The notes beneath the pieces were generated by a model. The model was not told where the DNA came from. It worked only from the letters and a program-made list of their open reading frames with translations, and searched no databases. DNA of 64,000 bases, from the NCBI GenBank assembly GCA_965215015.1, contig OZ244042.1, positions 3,456,001 through 3,520,000 of the forward strand, read 5' to 3'. A program made the translations under genes and the position numbers. This DNA comes from Candidatus Poribacteria bacterium. GTDB lineage: Bacteria; Poribacteria; WGA-4E; PCPOR2b. This document shows, piece by piece, positions 39,221-50,315 of the stretch. Within the stretch, counting starts at the first letter, position 1, and every line of letters begins with the position of its first letter.

Positions 39221-39658
39221 TATGGTTTCGTTCCTCGTTCTTGATACCTTGAGATCCTCTCAAGAGCAAATTATAGCACGTTTTTTGAAGTTGAATCAAG
39301 CAGATTTTGCTGGCTGCAAACGCCCTCCTCTTTGGCAATCTGCGTTCTCTACGCAACTAACCGTGAGAGGAGCAATTACAAAGGGCGTGCTTCAACGTTC
39401 ATTTTTTAGAATCCGTCTTACTGGCTTAAATCAACCGCAGAGACGCAGGGTGCACAGGGTTTCCTTATTCTCTCCTCCATATCCTCTATATTCCCGCGTT
39501 CTCGGCGTTAAATAAGTGTGTAATGACTCATTGCGAATCGCTTATGGTCGGGTGACAGGCCCGGTTTTGATGTTGAGTTTTGTCTGCTCCGGTTGTATAA
39601 TTTACACAAGGGTCAACGAACGTTCAACCGGGCACATTTTCAAGGAGGAATCACACCG

Positions 39659-40822
39659 ATGAAAAGTCGAATGGGTATATTTTTGGCGGATCGATTGCCT
39701 ATCAGAGATGTGGAAAATCACCTCAAGAAGCCGCTACCGAAGCATATCAATTGGCTTTTCTCTCTGGGGAGCATGGCAGCCTTTCTGCTGATTCTTCAAG
39801 CTATTACCGGGGCGTTTTTAGCGTTTTACTATTCGCCTTCGCCCGACCACGCTTATAACGCTGTAAATTACATCAGCAAGGAGGTAGCTTTCGGCGGCTT
39901 TGTGCGCGGGTTGCACCATTGGGGTGCCAGTGCTATGGTGATTGTCGTGTGCTTACACCTGTTACGCGTTGTGGTTTACGCATCCTATAAACCTCCAAGA
40001 GAGATAACGTGGATAACCGGAGTCTTGATGCTCCTGATCGTTTTGGGATTCGGTTTCACAGGTTATCTGTTGCCGTGGGATCAGAAGGCGTACTGGGCGA
40101 CCGTGGTTGGAGTTAAAATTGCCGGTACAACCCCTATCATCGGGGATTTTGTCGGGAAGGTCCTCCGTGGGGGGGAGGAGATTGGTGCGGTTACCCTCAC
40201 TCGGTTTTATGCTCTGCACACAATTTGGCTGCCATGGCTCGCTTTTGGGTTGGTCGGTGTACATCTATTCTTCGTACGCTATTACGGTTCGGCGGGAACC
40301 CCCAAGAATACCCACAAAGATATGCAGTCGGGTAAACCGTTTTACCCGGATCAGCTCTTTGAGGATGCTGTCGCTATCCTTATCTTATTCATCATCCTCG
40401 CTGCGATGGCGATCTTTATCCCCGTGCCGCTTGAAGAGCTTGCCGACCCCACGGATGCCAGTTACGACCCACGCCCGGAGTGGTATTTCCTGTTTTTGTT
40501 CCAACTTCTCAAGTATTTTGAGGGACCCCTTGAGGTGGTTGGCACTTTTGTGATTCCCACCGTTGGGTTTATCCTGCTTCTGTTCCTCCCCTTTTTGGAT
40601 AAGAAGGAGCGGACTTCTTTGATGAAACGTCCTGTCGCGCTTACGGTCACTAGTCTATCAGTTATACTGATTGTGTTGCTCACCATTCTTGGGGCGATTT
40701 CGCCTAGGCTGGAGCCTGCTCCTGAGCAAACCCCCACGGCTGAACAGACAGGGCCAAGTCAAGGTGAGACTCCGGAGGGAAAGTCGGAGGATACGGCGGT
40801 TTTTGACTTTGGTTTAGAGTAA
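39659..40822 (+). CDS. Cytochrome b (fused b6 plus subunit IV) of a bc-type complex
   Basis: RGLHHWGAS, GYLLPWDQKAYWA, RFYALH and RPEWYFL; AAGGAGG RBS before ATG 39659. Confidence 0.92.
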   Translation: MKSRMGIFLADRLPIRDVENHLKKPLPKHINWLFSLGSMAAFLLILQAITGAFLAFYYSPSPDHAYNAVNYISKEVAFGGFVRGLHHWGASAMVIVVCLHLLRVVVYASYKPPREITWITGVLMLLIVLGFGFTGYLLPWDQKAYWATVVGVKIAGTTPIIGDFVGKVLRGGEEIGAVTLTRFYALHTIWLPWLAFGLVGVHLFFVRYYGSAGTPKNTHKDMQSGKPFYPDQLFEDAVAILILFIILAAMAIFIPVPLEELADPTDASYDPRPEWYFLFLFQLLKYFEGPLEVVGTFVIPTVGFILLLFLPFLDKKERTSLMKRPVALTVTSLSVILIVLLTILGAISPRLEPAPEQTPTAEQTGPSQGETPEGKSEDTAVFDFGLE

Positions 40823-41057
40823 CCTGAGTGGGCACCTTGATTAAGTAAGGAAGGTCCTCCTGATAAATCGGGATTTACAACCGCTCACCCCAAAGGGTTA
40901 GAAACCGAGTTTTTTTACCAATATAGGACACCATTGGGGCGAAAATCTGCCTGATTTGCCCAGATCCTATGAAAAGGCAGGCACAAGCCCCATCCCTACG
41001 GTTGCTCTTAGGGTAGGGGGCAATTTGCGTTATAAATAATAAATAGGAGCAAAGCAC

Positions 41058-44000
41058 ATGACTGACCAAGAAATCAAAAAGAGCGAAATTGAATCTGCTT
41101 TAGCGAAAATACCCTTCGGCGATTTTCTAGAAACCTCAAAGGAGCTGCTGGCGGTTTTGGGTTATCGGAGCCAACGCACTGTGAAACTTTCGGGTACAGC
41201 AGATGACTTTATTCATAGTTTTCCAGTCGAGAACAAAAACACCAAAACGGAACAAGAATTCCGCAACAACGCCACATCGGTAGAGCTAGTTTTTCAAGTT
41301 ACCAATGATGAAATTGCGGACAGTCAGCCAGACCTCTTTAAATCACGGCCCTTTGATAAAGGTTTGATAAAGAGCTTTCTTTTCTTTACGGTCGAGTTGG
41401 AAGGTAACGACTATCCTCGGAGCAAATACGCCCAGTTTACGAGAGAGATCAACAAGCGGCTGTCCATCCCAACGGTGGTTCTCTTCCGTATTGAACGTCG
41501 TTTGACCATAGCTTTTGTCGGTCGCCGTCCAAACCAGCGGGATACCTCCAAAGAGGTCCTTGAAAAAGTAACCCTGATCAAGGATATTCGTCCGGATAAT
41601 CCACACAGAGCGCATCTGGACATTTTATCTGAACTTTCGCTGGGGGCGTGCGCGAAGTGGATGGATGCCAACCATCAACCGAAAAACTTCGATGGTTTGC
41701 TCGAGGCTTGGCTCGCTCGACTGGACACCGAAGCACTCAATAAGCAGTTCTACCGGGAATTGTTCGCTTGGTTTGAATGGGCAGTTGATGAAGGGAAGTT
41801 CCCCACAAACGAAAATCGTACCTTGAAACAGGAGGAGCACGTCATCCGCTTAATCACGCGGCTGCTGTTCGTCTGGTTTATCAAAGAGAAGGGACTGGTC
41901 GCCGATGAACTGTTCAACGAAACGCACATCGCCCCATTGCTGAAAGACTATGACCGGGGCACGGGCGATTCCTACTACCGGGCGGTGCTACAGAACCTGT
42001 TTTTTGCCACGCTGAACACGGAGATAGAGAAGCGTGGCTTTAGCGAAGGGGGCAACCCGGTTCATCGCAATTTCTCACGGTATCGCTACAAAGACCAGAT
42101 AGCCAATCCCGACAAGCTGATCGGACTGTTCGCCCAAACACCATTTATCAACGGTGGCTTATTCGATTGTCTCGACAGCGAGGAGGCGACACGGGATGGT
42201 GGCTACCGGGTGGATTGCTTCTCCGATGTGCATTACAGTCAATTAAGTATTCCTAACCGTCTCTTCTTCGATGATGATTACGGTCTGATTCCCCTATTGG
42301 AACGGTACAAGTTCACCGTTGAGGAAAACACACCGATAGAGCAGGAGGTCGCATTGGATCCGGAGCTGCTCGGTAAGGTGTTTGAAAACCTGCTCGCTGC
42401 GTATAACCCTGAAACCGGCGCGACAGCACGGAGGCAGACCGGTTCCTATTACACCCCACGTGCCATAGTGGACTACATGGTAGAGGAGGCGTTAGTAGCT
42501 ACGCTTGCAGGACGGGTGTCGCCGACGGACGGAGACCCGAAGTTTTGGGACGATCGGTTGTGCTATCTGTTCGATTATGCGAAGGCGTTTGACGATGCGA
42601 GCGAACGGTTCGATAGCTGTGAATCGGACCGGGTTGTGCGGGCAATTTCAGAACTGAAGATACTTGACCCCGCCGTCGGTTCCGGGGCGTTTCCGATGGG
42701 GATACTGCATAAACTGACGCTTGCCCTACGACGGCTGGACCCCGATAACACCCGATGGGAGACATTGCAAAAGGAACGTGCCGCCCAGCGCGCGGCGGAT
42801 GCGTTCGATACGGCAGATGACCACATACGCCGTGAGGCACTCCTCGAAATCAACGAAACTTTCAAACGGTACCGCGATTCGGATTTCGGACGGAAGTTGT
42901 ATCTGATCCAAAACAGCATCTTTGGTGTGGACATTCAATCCATCGCCTGCCAAATTGCCAAACTCCGCTTCTTCATCTCCCTTGCCATTGAGCAGGAGCC
43001 GGATAGGGCCGCAGATAACTTTGGGATTAAGCCGTTGCCGAATCTGGAGACACGCTTTATCGCGGCAAATACGCTAATCGGTCTCGAAGGCGAACGAACC
43101 CTGACCAGCCCCAGGGCGAAAGCATTGGAAGGGAAATTGAGTGAGAACCGCGAGCGGCATTTTCACGCCACAACACGCTCACAGAAACTCGACTGTAAAC
43201 GAGCGGACAAAAAATTGAGACAAGAATTGGCGACGGAATTACGCCATATCGGGATGCCCGCCGATGATGCGAATAAAGTCGCCGCTTGGGACCCTTATGA
43301 CCAGAACGCAAGCGCGGATTGGTTCGATCCGGAGTGGATGTTTGGGGTTACGGACGGCTTTGATGTCGTCATTGGCAATCCGCCGTATATTCAATTGCAA
43401 AGAGATGGCGGGAGATTGGGACATTTGTATGCACCGTGCAATTTTGACAGTTTTATCAGGACAGGGGATATTTACTGTCTGTTCTATGAAAAAGCGAATC
43501 AACTGTTGAAAAACGGCGGGCATGGCTGTCTTATTACCTCCAACAAATGGATGCGTGCAGCGTATGGCAAAAAGTTGAGGGATTACTTGATTGGATATAC
43601 CCAACCCATTCAACTGCTCGACATGGGGCCGGATGTGTTTGATGCCACCGTGGACACCAACATCTTGCTACTCAGAAATACTATGCCCGATGCTTACTCG
43701 GTATTCAAAGCGGCAACTATCAAATCCGATTTTGACATACACACCGGTGCCATAGCCCCATACCTGAACGCTAGCGGCGTAGCTATGGAACTGCCCGCTA
43801 CAGGCGAACCGTGGGCGATACTCTCACCTGCGGAACTTGCCTTGAAACGCAAAATAGAGCATGTCGGCAAACCGCTCAAGGATTGGGATATAAACATCTA
43901 TTTCGGAATTAAAACAGGTTGTAACGAAGCATTTATCATAGACGAAGCCAAGCGCGAAGAACTGGTGGCAGAAGACCCAAAGTCAGCCGAAATCATCAAA

Positions 44001-44684
44001 CCACTTCTGCGCGGCCGAGACATTGAGCGCTATTATCCCCGATGGTCGGGATTGTACATACTGGCAACCGATTACGATCTGGATGTCCCCAACGACTATC
44101 CCGCTATCTATAGCTACCTGCAAACCATAGGGGAGCAGATAGCAGATAAAATCGCGCGACAAACGCAAGCAAGACGTAGAGGACTGTTTAATAGGGATGA
44201 TCAAGGTGAGAATTGGTGGAATCTGAGAGCTTGTGCTTACTACCCTGAATTTGAGCGGGAGAAGATTGTTTGGCAAGAGATGGCAACGAAAGGAACATTT
44301 CTTATTGATAGAAACCAATTCTATTCGCTTGATACCACACGGATATTAACGGGCAAAAATCTTACCTACCTTATTGGTATCCTAAATTCAAAGTTCTTTC
44401 TTTTCGCATTTAGGAATTACTATGCGGGGGGTCATTTAGGTTCAAGAGGAGTCAGATTTAAGAGTGAGTTCATGAAACGCTTCCCTGTTCCCCCTGTTAC
44501 AGAAGCAAACCAACACCTTGCTGCACAGATAGAAGCGCGTGTTGACCAAATCCTCGCTGCCAAAGAGACTGACCCGGAGGCGGATGTATCTAAACTTGAA
44601 AATGAGATTGATCAGATAGTATACTTGTTATACGGTCTGACTCCTGAAGAAATCGGTATTGTGGATTGTGCGGAACATGTCTGA
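41058..44684 (+). CDS. Large type IIG/Eco57I-like N6-adenine RM methyltransferase with TaqI-like C-terminal recognition domain
   Basis: PFINGGLF, GSYYTP, DPAVGSGAFPMG, IGNPPY and GIKTGCNEAF; 1208 aa. Confidence 0.9.
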   Translation: MTDQEIKKSEIESALAKIPFGDFLETSKELLAVLGYRSQRTVKLSGTADDFIHSFPVENKNTKTEQEFRNNATSVELVFQVTNDEIADSQPDLFKSRPFDKGLIKSFLFFTVELEGNDYPRSKYAQFTREINKRLSIPTVVLFRIERRLTIAFVGRRPNQRDTSKEVLEKVTLIKDIRPDNPHRAHLDILSELSLGACAKWMDANHQPKNFDGLLEAWLARLDTEALNKQFYRELFAWFEWAVDEGKFPTNENRTLKQEEHVIRLITRLLFVWFIKEKGLVADELFNETHIAPLLKDYDRGTGDSYYRAVLQNLFFATLNTEIEKRGFSEGGNPVHRNFSRYRYKDQIANPDKLIGLFAQTPFINGGLFDCLDSEEATRDGGYRVDCFSDVHYSQLSIPNRLFFDDDYGLIPLLERYKFTVEENTPIEQEVALDPELLGKVFENLLAAYNPETGATARRQTGSYYTPRAIVDYMVEEALVATLAGRVSPTDGDPKFWDDRLCYLFDYAKAFDDASERFDSCESDRVVRAISELKILDPAVGSGAFPMGILHKLTLALRRLDPDNTRWETLQKERAAQRAADAFDTADDHIRREALLEINETFKRYRDSDFGRKLYLIQNSIFGVDIQSIACQIAKLRFFISLAIEQEPDRAADNFGIKPLPNLETRFIAANTLIGLEGERTLTSPRAKALEGKLSENRERHFHATTRSQKLDCKRADKKLRQELATELRHIGMPADDANKVAAWDPYDQNASADWFDPEWMFGVTDGFDVVIGNPPYIQLQRDGGRLGHLYAPCNFDSFIRTGDIYCLFYEKANQLLKNGGHGCLITSNKWMRAAYGKKLRDYLIGYTQPIQLLDMGPDVFDATVDTNILLLRNTMPDAYSVFKAATIKSDFDIHTGAIAPYLNASGVAMELPATGEPWAILSPAELALKRKIEHVGKPLKDWDINIYFGIKTGCNEAFIIDEAKREELVAEDPKSAEIIKPLLRGRDIERYYPRWSGLYILATDYDLDVPNDYPAIYSYLQTIGEQIADKIARQTQARRRGLFNRDDQGENWWNLRACAYYPEFEREKIVWQEMATKGTFLIDRNQFYSLDTTRILTGKNLTYLIGILNSKFFLFAFRNYYAGGHLGSRGVRFKSEFMKRFPVPPVTEANQHLAAQIEARVDQILAAKETDPEADVSKLENEIDQIVYLLYGLTPEEIGIVDCAEHV

Positions 44685-44878
44685 ATCAGGATTTTCAGGC
44701 TGGCGGGATAAACAGGATAGAAATGGCAGCATCTAAAAATCGTGAGAATCCTAGAATCTGGTGAATCCTGATTCTGACAATTGTATACTATTGATGCCTC
44801 TGTAAGCCGATAGCCCTCGCTTAATCCTTGACATGCCTCCTTGTAATGTTCTATACTGTCTAAAAAGGAGGTTGTGAC

Positions 44879-47239
44879 GTGGTACGACGGACAACGCCAG
44901 AAGTGCTATTCACCGAAACGCCTCGGACTCACATTGAACCCCTTCGCGTTTCAGCGGTTTTGCTGATAGCGTGGGCGTGTCTGTTGCGATCCGCGCTTGC
45001 CCAACATACGGATCCGTTAGGAAACCCCGTTTTTGATAAGAGTGGGAAAGAGCTGTATACACTCCAAGCGAGCTTTGGTGTCTTGGGAGGGGACTCGCTC
45101 CTGCGCCGTGACTCGGAATTTCGTAAGAAGACGAGCAATCGGAACTTCTTCACCTTCAACATTCCGGGCGAAAATGTGCTCCATCAGTTGACAGTCGGTA
45201 ACTTTCCGACCAAATTTTCGAGCTTCACGCTCAATAAGGAGCTCTTTGATGCAGCCCGCTGGAATATAACGGTTCCGAAAGCAGGTGGCAGGGTGTCCGC
45301 GTTTGTGGGGAGGGTAACGCACAACACTTTTGCGCTCTCCGGGGATCGGGTCAAACCGATTGAGGACAGAGATGTTGTGAGTCAATCCGACTGGTTCATG
45401 GCGGGTTTACGAGTGGAAGCAAATCTCGGTGCCCATGGAGTTCAATGGGGGGCGTTGCCAGAGTTTACTGTACCGTTGCCTAGGGTCGGGTTTAACTATG
45501 TGAATCGGTTCTTTACTAACTATGACCTCACTCGCACGACCAATCCGTTTCGGGGTGTTACGATTGCCAACCCGCCGCCGGAATTGTACCTGCGTTTCAG
45601 CGATGCCTCGCCGGAGAACCCCGGCGGCGCAAAGATTTTTCGTGTCCGCGTTTTTATTGATGATGCCGTGGCGTACGACATCATCGGCGGCAGAGAGCTG
45701 CCCGGTGTGCTGCTATTCCCGAATAACAGTATGCGAGACGGAGATTCACGCTGGGTAGATGGCGAAGGGACGTTTACCTATCGATTCTTCCTGTTCAGTC
45801 CACAGGAGATCAACCGGGTACGGTTTGAGATTGATATCGCCAACGACTACCAGGTTGAACTTTCAACAAACAATCAGGATTTTCAGCTCGAGTTAAGTGC
45901 GCCGGGCAACGTTAAGGACGAATCGAATCGGAAGGTACATCGGTTTGAATATGGGGAATTGACCGATGAGGCAACGATGGGATTTGATCTTCAAACGACG
46001 CTGCTCGGATTTTCGATTGAGGCAGAACGGGCATGGTATGTGCAAACGAAACAGTATCCGCTCCTCAGCGGTAGGCGGGCCCACCGCACAACCGGGGCGT
46101 GGTTCATTGACGTGAATCGGAATTTTGGTCCGGTGACTTGGCGCAGTGAGATTACGCGGATTGCTCCCTTTTACACCGCAAGAAATTTCATAGACGATAA
46201 CGACGACGATGACCCCTATGCGGATTCCCGTGAGCCGGAGATTTTAATTTCAGGGAATACAAAGGACGATCTGGACGGCGATCGGGTCAAGGATTGGGAT
46301 GACGATTTCCTGCTGTTCTTCGCGGATCCGCCGAGATTCCGCTTAGGACTCAACCGCGAATCGATCGACTTCAACAACAACGGTCAGCCGGATAATCTTG
46401 AAGACGATGATAAACCGGACTACCGTTACGATTATGATGAGGGCTCTTCTGGACATCATACCTACCTCAAGGTTGAATTGCCATTTGTAGAAGGGCTTTC
46501 GGTGCTACCCGGATATTATGAAAAACATCTGATTCTTCAACACAAGAGCGCGAGAGGATGGTATAATGTTCTATCTTACGCGCCGAAGTCAATTCCCCAT
46601 TTTGGGACGATTCTCTTTCGGTACACTTTTCGCAGATCTCATGATATTATCCCTGATGATGTTGTGATTCGCAGTACCGGCGATCTGATTGAAGATAACT
46701 TGGTGCTTCAAAGGTATCTCGGCAACATTTTCACAATGATTGTTGATTACCAAAATATCAAGAATCTCACGATTCGCAGCAAATTCAAATACCAGCGGGA
46801 TACATTGTTCCACAGTCGTCAGCGGGTTATCGACACGGCTTTGATTAATCAGATCCGCTATGACTATAAAATTCGTGAAGACCTGACTATTGCCCCGGCA
46901 TTTCGGAGTGATCGAAACATCGGTTATACTTTTCCTTTTCACAAACGAAATACCGTTGATACTATCCGAAACGCTTATATCTTGATTTTGACCCATCAGG
47001 TTGCGGCTCAGTTACAATTGAGTGCCGGCGCACAATTTTTGACGTGGCGCGACTTCAACGATTCGCAACGAAATTTTAACCGAACCGTTAGCTTTTTGGA
47101 ACTTGTGCTACAGGGTGATGCCTTTGGTCAGCGAATGGGGCTATTGATTACCGCTGATTATGTTATCCAGAACTTCCTTGAACCGATTGGGGGCGCAGAA
47201 AGACACACGAACATTGGGATTTCGTTGTTCTTGTTGTAG
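44879..47239 (+). CDS. Secreted/outer-membrane hypothetical protein with Asp-rich Ca-binding-like segments
   Basis: Signal-like N-terminus; DDNDDDD, DLDGD and DFNNNG motifs; beta-rich C-terminus ending ISLFLL. Confidence 0.65.
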   Translation: MVRRTTPEVLFTETPRTHIEPLRVSAVLLIAWACLLRSALAQHTDPLGNPVFDKSGKELYTLQASFGVLGGDSLLRRDSEFRKKTSNRNFFTFNIPGENVLHQLTVGNFPTKFSSFTLNKELFDAARWNITVPKAGGRVSAFVGRVTHNTFALSGDRVKPIEDRDVVSQSDWFMAGLRVEANLGAHGVQWGALPEFTVPLPRVGFNYVNRFFTNYDLTRTTNPFRGVTIANPPPELYLRFSDASPENPGGAKIFRVRVFIDDAVAYDIIGGRELPGVLLFPNNSMRDGDSRWVDGEGTFTYRFFLFSPQEINRVRFEIDIANDYQVELSTNNQDFQLELSAPGNVKDESNRKVHRFEYGELTDEATMGFDLQTTLLGFSIEAERAWYVQTKQYPLLSGRRAHRTTGAWFIDVNRNFGPVTWRSEITRIAPFYTARNFIDDNDDDDPYADSREPEILISGNTKDDLDGDRVKDWDDDFLLFFADPPRFRLGLNRESIDFNNNGQPDNLEDDDKPDYRYDYDEGSSGHHTYLKVELPFVEGLSVLPGYYEKHLILQHKSARGWYNVLSYAPKSIPHFGTILFRYTFRRSHDIIPDDVVIRSTGDLIEDNLVLQRYLGNIFTMIVDYQNIKNLTIRSKFKYQRDTLFHSRQRVIDTALINQIRYDYKIREDLTIAPAFRSDRNIGYTFPFHKRNTVDTIRNAYILILTHQVAAQLQLSAGAQFLTWRDFNDSQRNFNRTVSFLELVLQGDAFGQRMGLLITADYVIQNFLEPIGGAERHTNIGISLFLL

Positions 47240-47389
47240 TACCCTGCCAAGATCAAGGATTAGAAATTTAAATAAAGGTTCATGTCAAAAGAACGTGCAA
47301 AACGCTAAGAGAACTCGAATTTTTGGCAAAAACTTGGTTTCTGTTGCACGATTTCTTAACATGAATCTAAATAGAAAGGAGTAACAACC

Positions 47390-48355
47390 ATGCAAGGACA
47401 ACCGTGGGATGAGATGCAGCCGTATTTTCGACTCATTACTCCCAAACGTATTATTTTGGTGATTGTTATTTTACTTGCTATCGTCATATCCTTGACCAGT
47501 ATGTACACCGTCCAGGCGGATGAGGTGGTTGTGGTGCTAAGGTTTGGCAAGTATATCGACACGACTCAACCCGGCTTGCGCTTCAAGCTACCGTTTGGCA
47601 TTGACCAAGTCATCGGTGTGCCTGTCAAAAGGATATTCAAAGAGGAGTTTGGGTTTCGTACGCTTCGCGCAGGGGTTCGTACCCAATATGACCCCAGAGA
47701 TTATTCTGATGAATCACTTCTGTTGACCGGAGATCTCAGCATCGCTGATGTTGAATGGGTGGTTCAATATCAGATTAGTGATCCAAGGAAGTTCCTGTTT
47801 GACATCCGCGATGCGACCCGTTCCCTGCGCGATCTCTCCGAAGCGGTTATGCGGACTGTCGTGGGTGACCGGACCGTCACGGAAGTATTGACCGTCGGGC
47901 GTATTGAGATTGCCGCCGAGGTGAAACAACGCCTTCAAGAGCTACTGGATCGGTACAACACCGGTTTGCTCCTTGTAAACGTGACCCTGCAAGATGTGAA
48001 TCCCCCGGAAACAGTGAAGCCCTCTTTCAATGCTGTCAATGAGGCAAAACAGGAGAAAGAGAAGCTAATCAACGAGGCGCGGAAAGATTACAACGAATCT
48101 GTCCCGAAAGCCAAGGGGGTTGCGCGGCAACAGATTTTGGAAGCGGAGGGATACGCGCTCAAGCGTGTCAACGAAGCCAGAGGGGATGCCGACCGATTCA
48201 ACGCCATCCGTCGAGAGTATCAAAATGCCAAGGCAGTGACCCGTCGCAGACTCTATCTGGAAGCGATGAACACGGTGCTGCCCAAGGTCAAAGAAATTTA
48301 TGTGATCGATGGTGAGGCGAATACTCCACTCCCCATTTTACAACTCGATAGATAG
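47390..48355 (+). CDS. hflK: FtsH protease modulator HflK
   Basis: SPFH domain, LLTGD, LQDVNPP and RRLYLE. Confidence 0.93.
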   Translation: MQGQPWDEMQPYFRLITPKRIILVIVILLAIVISLTSMYTVQADEVVVVLRFGKYIDTTQPGLRFKLPFGIDQVIGVPVKRIFKEEFGFRTLRAGVRTQYDPRDYSDESLLLTGDLSIADVEWVVQYQISDPRKFLFDIRDATRSLRDLSEAVMRTVVGDRTVTEVLTVGRIEIAAEVKQRLQELLDRYNTGLLLVNVTLQDVNPPETVKPSFNAVNEAKQEKEKLINEARKDYNESVPKAKGVARQQILEAEGYALKRVNEARGDADRFNAIRREYQNAKAVTRRRLYLEAMNTVLPKVKEIYVIDGEANTPLPILQLDR

Positions 48356-48385
48356 CAATATTCATCTCACGAAAGGATATCCACG

Positions 48386-49360
48386 ATGACCTCTAAAACA
48401 CTGATATCAATAATCGTTGTTCTCATCATCGCTGTTTTCTTAGCCTCAACTGTATTCTACACGGTTCGTGAAGATGAACAGGTGGTGATTACCCAATTTG
48501 GCGAAGCGATCAAAGCAACGGCTGAAGCGGGATTGAAGATGAAGACGCCGTTCATCCAGAAAGTCCAGCGTTTGGAAAAACGGATTCTCGAATGGGATGG
48601 TTCCCCCAACGAGATTACGACGAAGGATAAGCGGTTCATCTGGTTAGATACCACCGCCCGCTGGCGCATTACAAATGCTCTGGCATTCTACGAGAAATTC
48701 CGAGGCGGGAGTCCAGAAGGGCTTGCTCAATCTCGGTTAGATGACATCATTGATTCGGCTGCCCGTGATTTGGTGACGGGCCAACTGCTAGTCGAAGTCG
48801 TACGCAACTCAGACCGTATTCTGGATCTTAACCTGGAGGAACTGGATCAAGACGAAGGGAGTGGGAATAGCGAACCGTTGGAGAGTATTTCGGTCGGACG
48901 GGATAAAATTGCGAAAATGATCCTCGAAAAAGCGCGTCAGAGCACCCCTCAAGACTGGGGGATTGAGCTAATTGATGTACGGATTAAACGGATTAACTAT
49001 GTAGAGACAGTCCGTCGGGAGGTTTTCGCCCAAATGATTTCCGAACGAGATCGAATTGCTGCCAAGTACCGGTCAGAGGGCCAAGGTGAGGCTGCAGATA
49101 TCATGGGACGGAAACAGAAGGAGCTGGAGCGCATTCAGTCTGAAGCTTACAAAACGGCGGAGCAGCTTAAGGGTGACGCCGACGCGCAAGCGATTCAGAT
49201 TTACGCCCAATCACACGGTCAAGATCCGGAGTTTTACGCGTTCCTCCAAACGCTGGAGACCTATCGTCAGACAATTGACTCCAACACTAAGCTGATTTTG
49301 ACGACGGATAGTGATCTCTATGACTATCTCAAAGGCACCGGACTGACAAACAGGCGGTAG
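48386..49360 (+). CDS. hflC: FtsH protease modulator HflC
   Basis: TKDKR, DVRIKRI, MISER...YRSEG and DPEFYAF. Confidence 0.93.
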   Translation: MTSKTLISIIVVLIIAVFLASTVFYTVREDEQVVITQFGEAIKATAEAGLKMKTPFIQKVQRLEKRILEWDGSPNEITTKDKRFIWLDTTARWRITNALAFYEKFRGGSPEGLAQSRLDDIIDSAARDLVTGQLLVEVVRNSDRILDLNLEELDQDEGSGNSEPLESISVGRDKIAKMILEKARQSTPQDWGIELIDVRIKRINYVETVRREVFAQMISERDRIAAKYRSEGQGEAADIMGRKQKELERIQSEAYKTAEQLKGDADAQAIQIYAQSHGQDPEFYAFLQTLETYRQTIDSNTKLILTTDSDLYDYLKGTGLTNRR

Positions 49361-49382
49361 CATCGGAAAGAGGTAGATATGA

Positions 49383-50315
49383 ATGATTAAATCACTCCGG
49401 TTATACCAAGAAAACAGCAATAGTGTTCCATGCGCGCCCGGCACAAAATCCGTTCAATACTCCCCTACCCGCCGGCACCCACCGTGGATTCGCGCACGCG
49501 TTCCATCGGGACCGAACTACACCGAACTCAAGCGGTTGATGCGTGATCTTGCGCTCCACACCGTCTGTGAGGAGGCGCAGTGTCCAAATATAGGTGAGTG
49601 CTGGGAAAGCCGATCAGCTACCTTCATGATCTTGGGCGATGTCTGTACCCGTCGGTGCATGTTTTGCGCGGTCACCAAAGGAAAGCCGGAGGGAGTTGAT
49701 TTTGATGAACCCCGTCGGCTCGGCGAAGCTGTGGGCCACTTGAAGCTGAAGCATGTGGTAATCACTTCCGTCAACCGCGATGAGCTTCCCGATGGTGGTG
49801 CCAGCATCTTTGCGGCGTGTATCCATGAGTCCCGTCGGCATAGTCCCGGCTGCACTGTTGAGGTGCTGATCCCAGACCTTGAAGGAAATTGGGACGCGCT
49901 TGCCGTGGTTGTCGAAGCCAAACCTGACGTTCTCAATCATAATACGGAGACGGTGCCGCGCCTCTATCGTAGGACTCGTCCGCAAGCTAAATATCAGCGG
50001 ACCTTAGACCTATTGCGTATCAGTAAAGAGATGGACGGAACGATGCTGACCAAGTCAGGCTTGATGGTGGGGTTAGGGGAGAGCACCACAGAATTGCTGC
50101 AAACGATGCAGGATATCCGCAATGCGAATTGTGACCTTTTGACAATCGGACAGTACCTTTCGCCGACATCGAGGCATCTGCCGATTCAGCAGTATTATAC
50201 CCCAGAGGAATTTGAAGAACTGAAAGCAGCGGGCATGGAGATGGGATTTCGGCATGTGGAATCGGGCCCGCTCGTCCGGAGTTCGTATCATGCGCGAGAA
50301 CAGGCGCAATTGTAA
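49383..50315 (+). CDS. lipA: Lipoyl synthase
   Basis: CEEAQCPNIGEC, CTRRCMFC and GPLVRSSYHA. Confidence 0.97.
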   Translation: MIKSLRLYQENSNSVPCAPGTKSVQYSPTRRHPPWIRARVPSGPNYTELKRLMRDLALHTVCEEAQCPNIGECWESRSATFMILGDVCTRRCMFCAVTKGKPEGVDFDEPRRLGEAVGHLKLKHVVITSVNRDELPDGGASIFAACIHESRRHSPGCTVEVLIPDLEGNWDALAVVVEAKPDVLNHNTETVPRLYRRTRPQAKYQRTLDLLRISKEMDGTMLTKSGLMVGLGESTTELLQTMQDIRNANCDLLTIGQYLSPTSRHLPIQQYYTPEEFEELKAAGMEMGFRHVESGPLVRSSYHAREQAQL

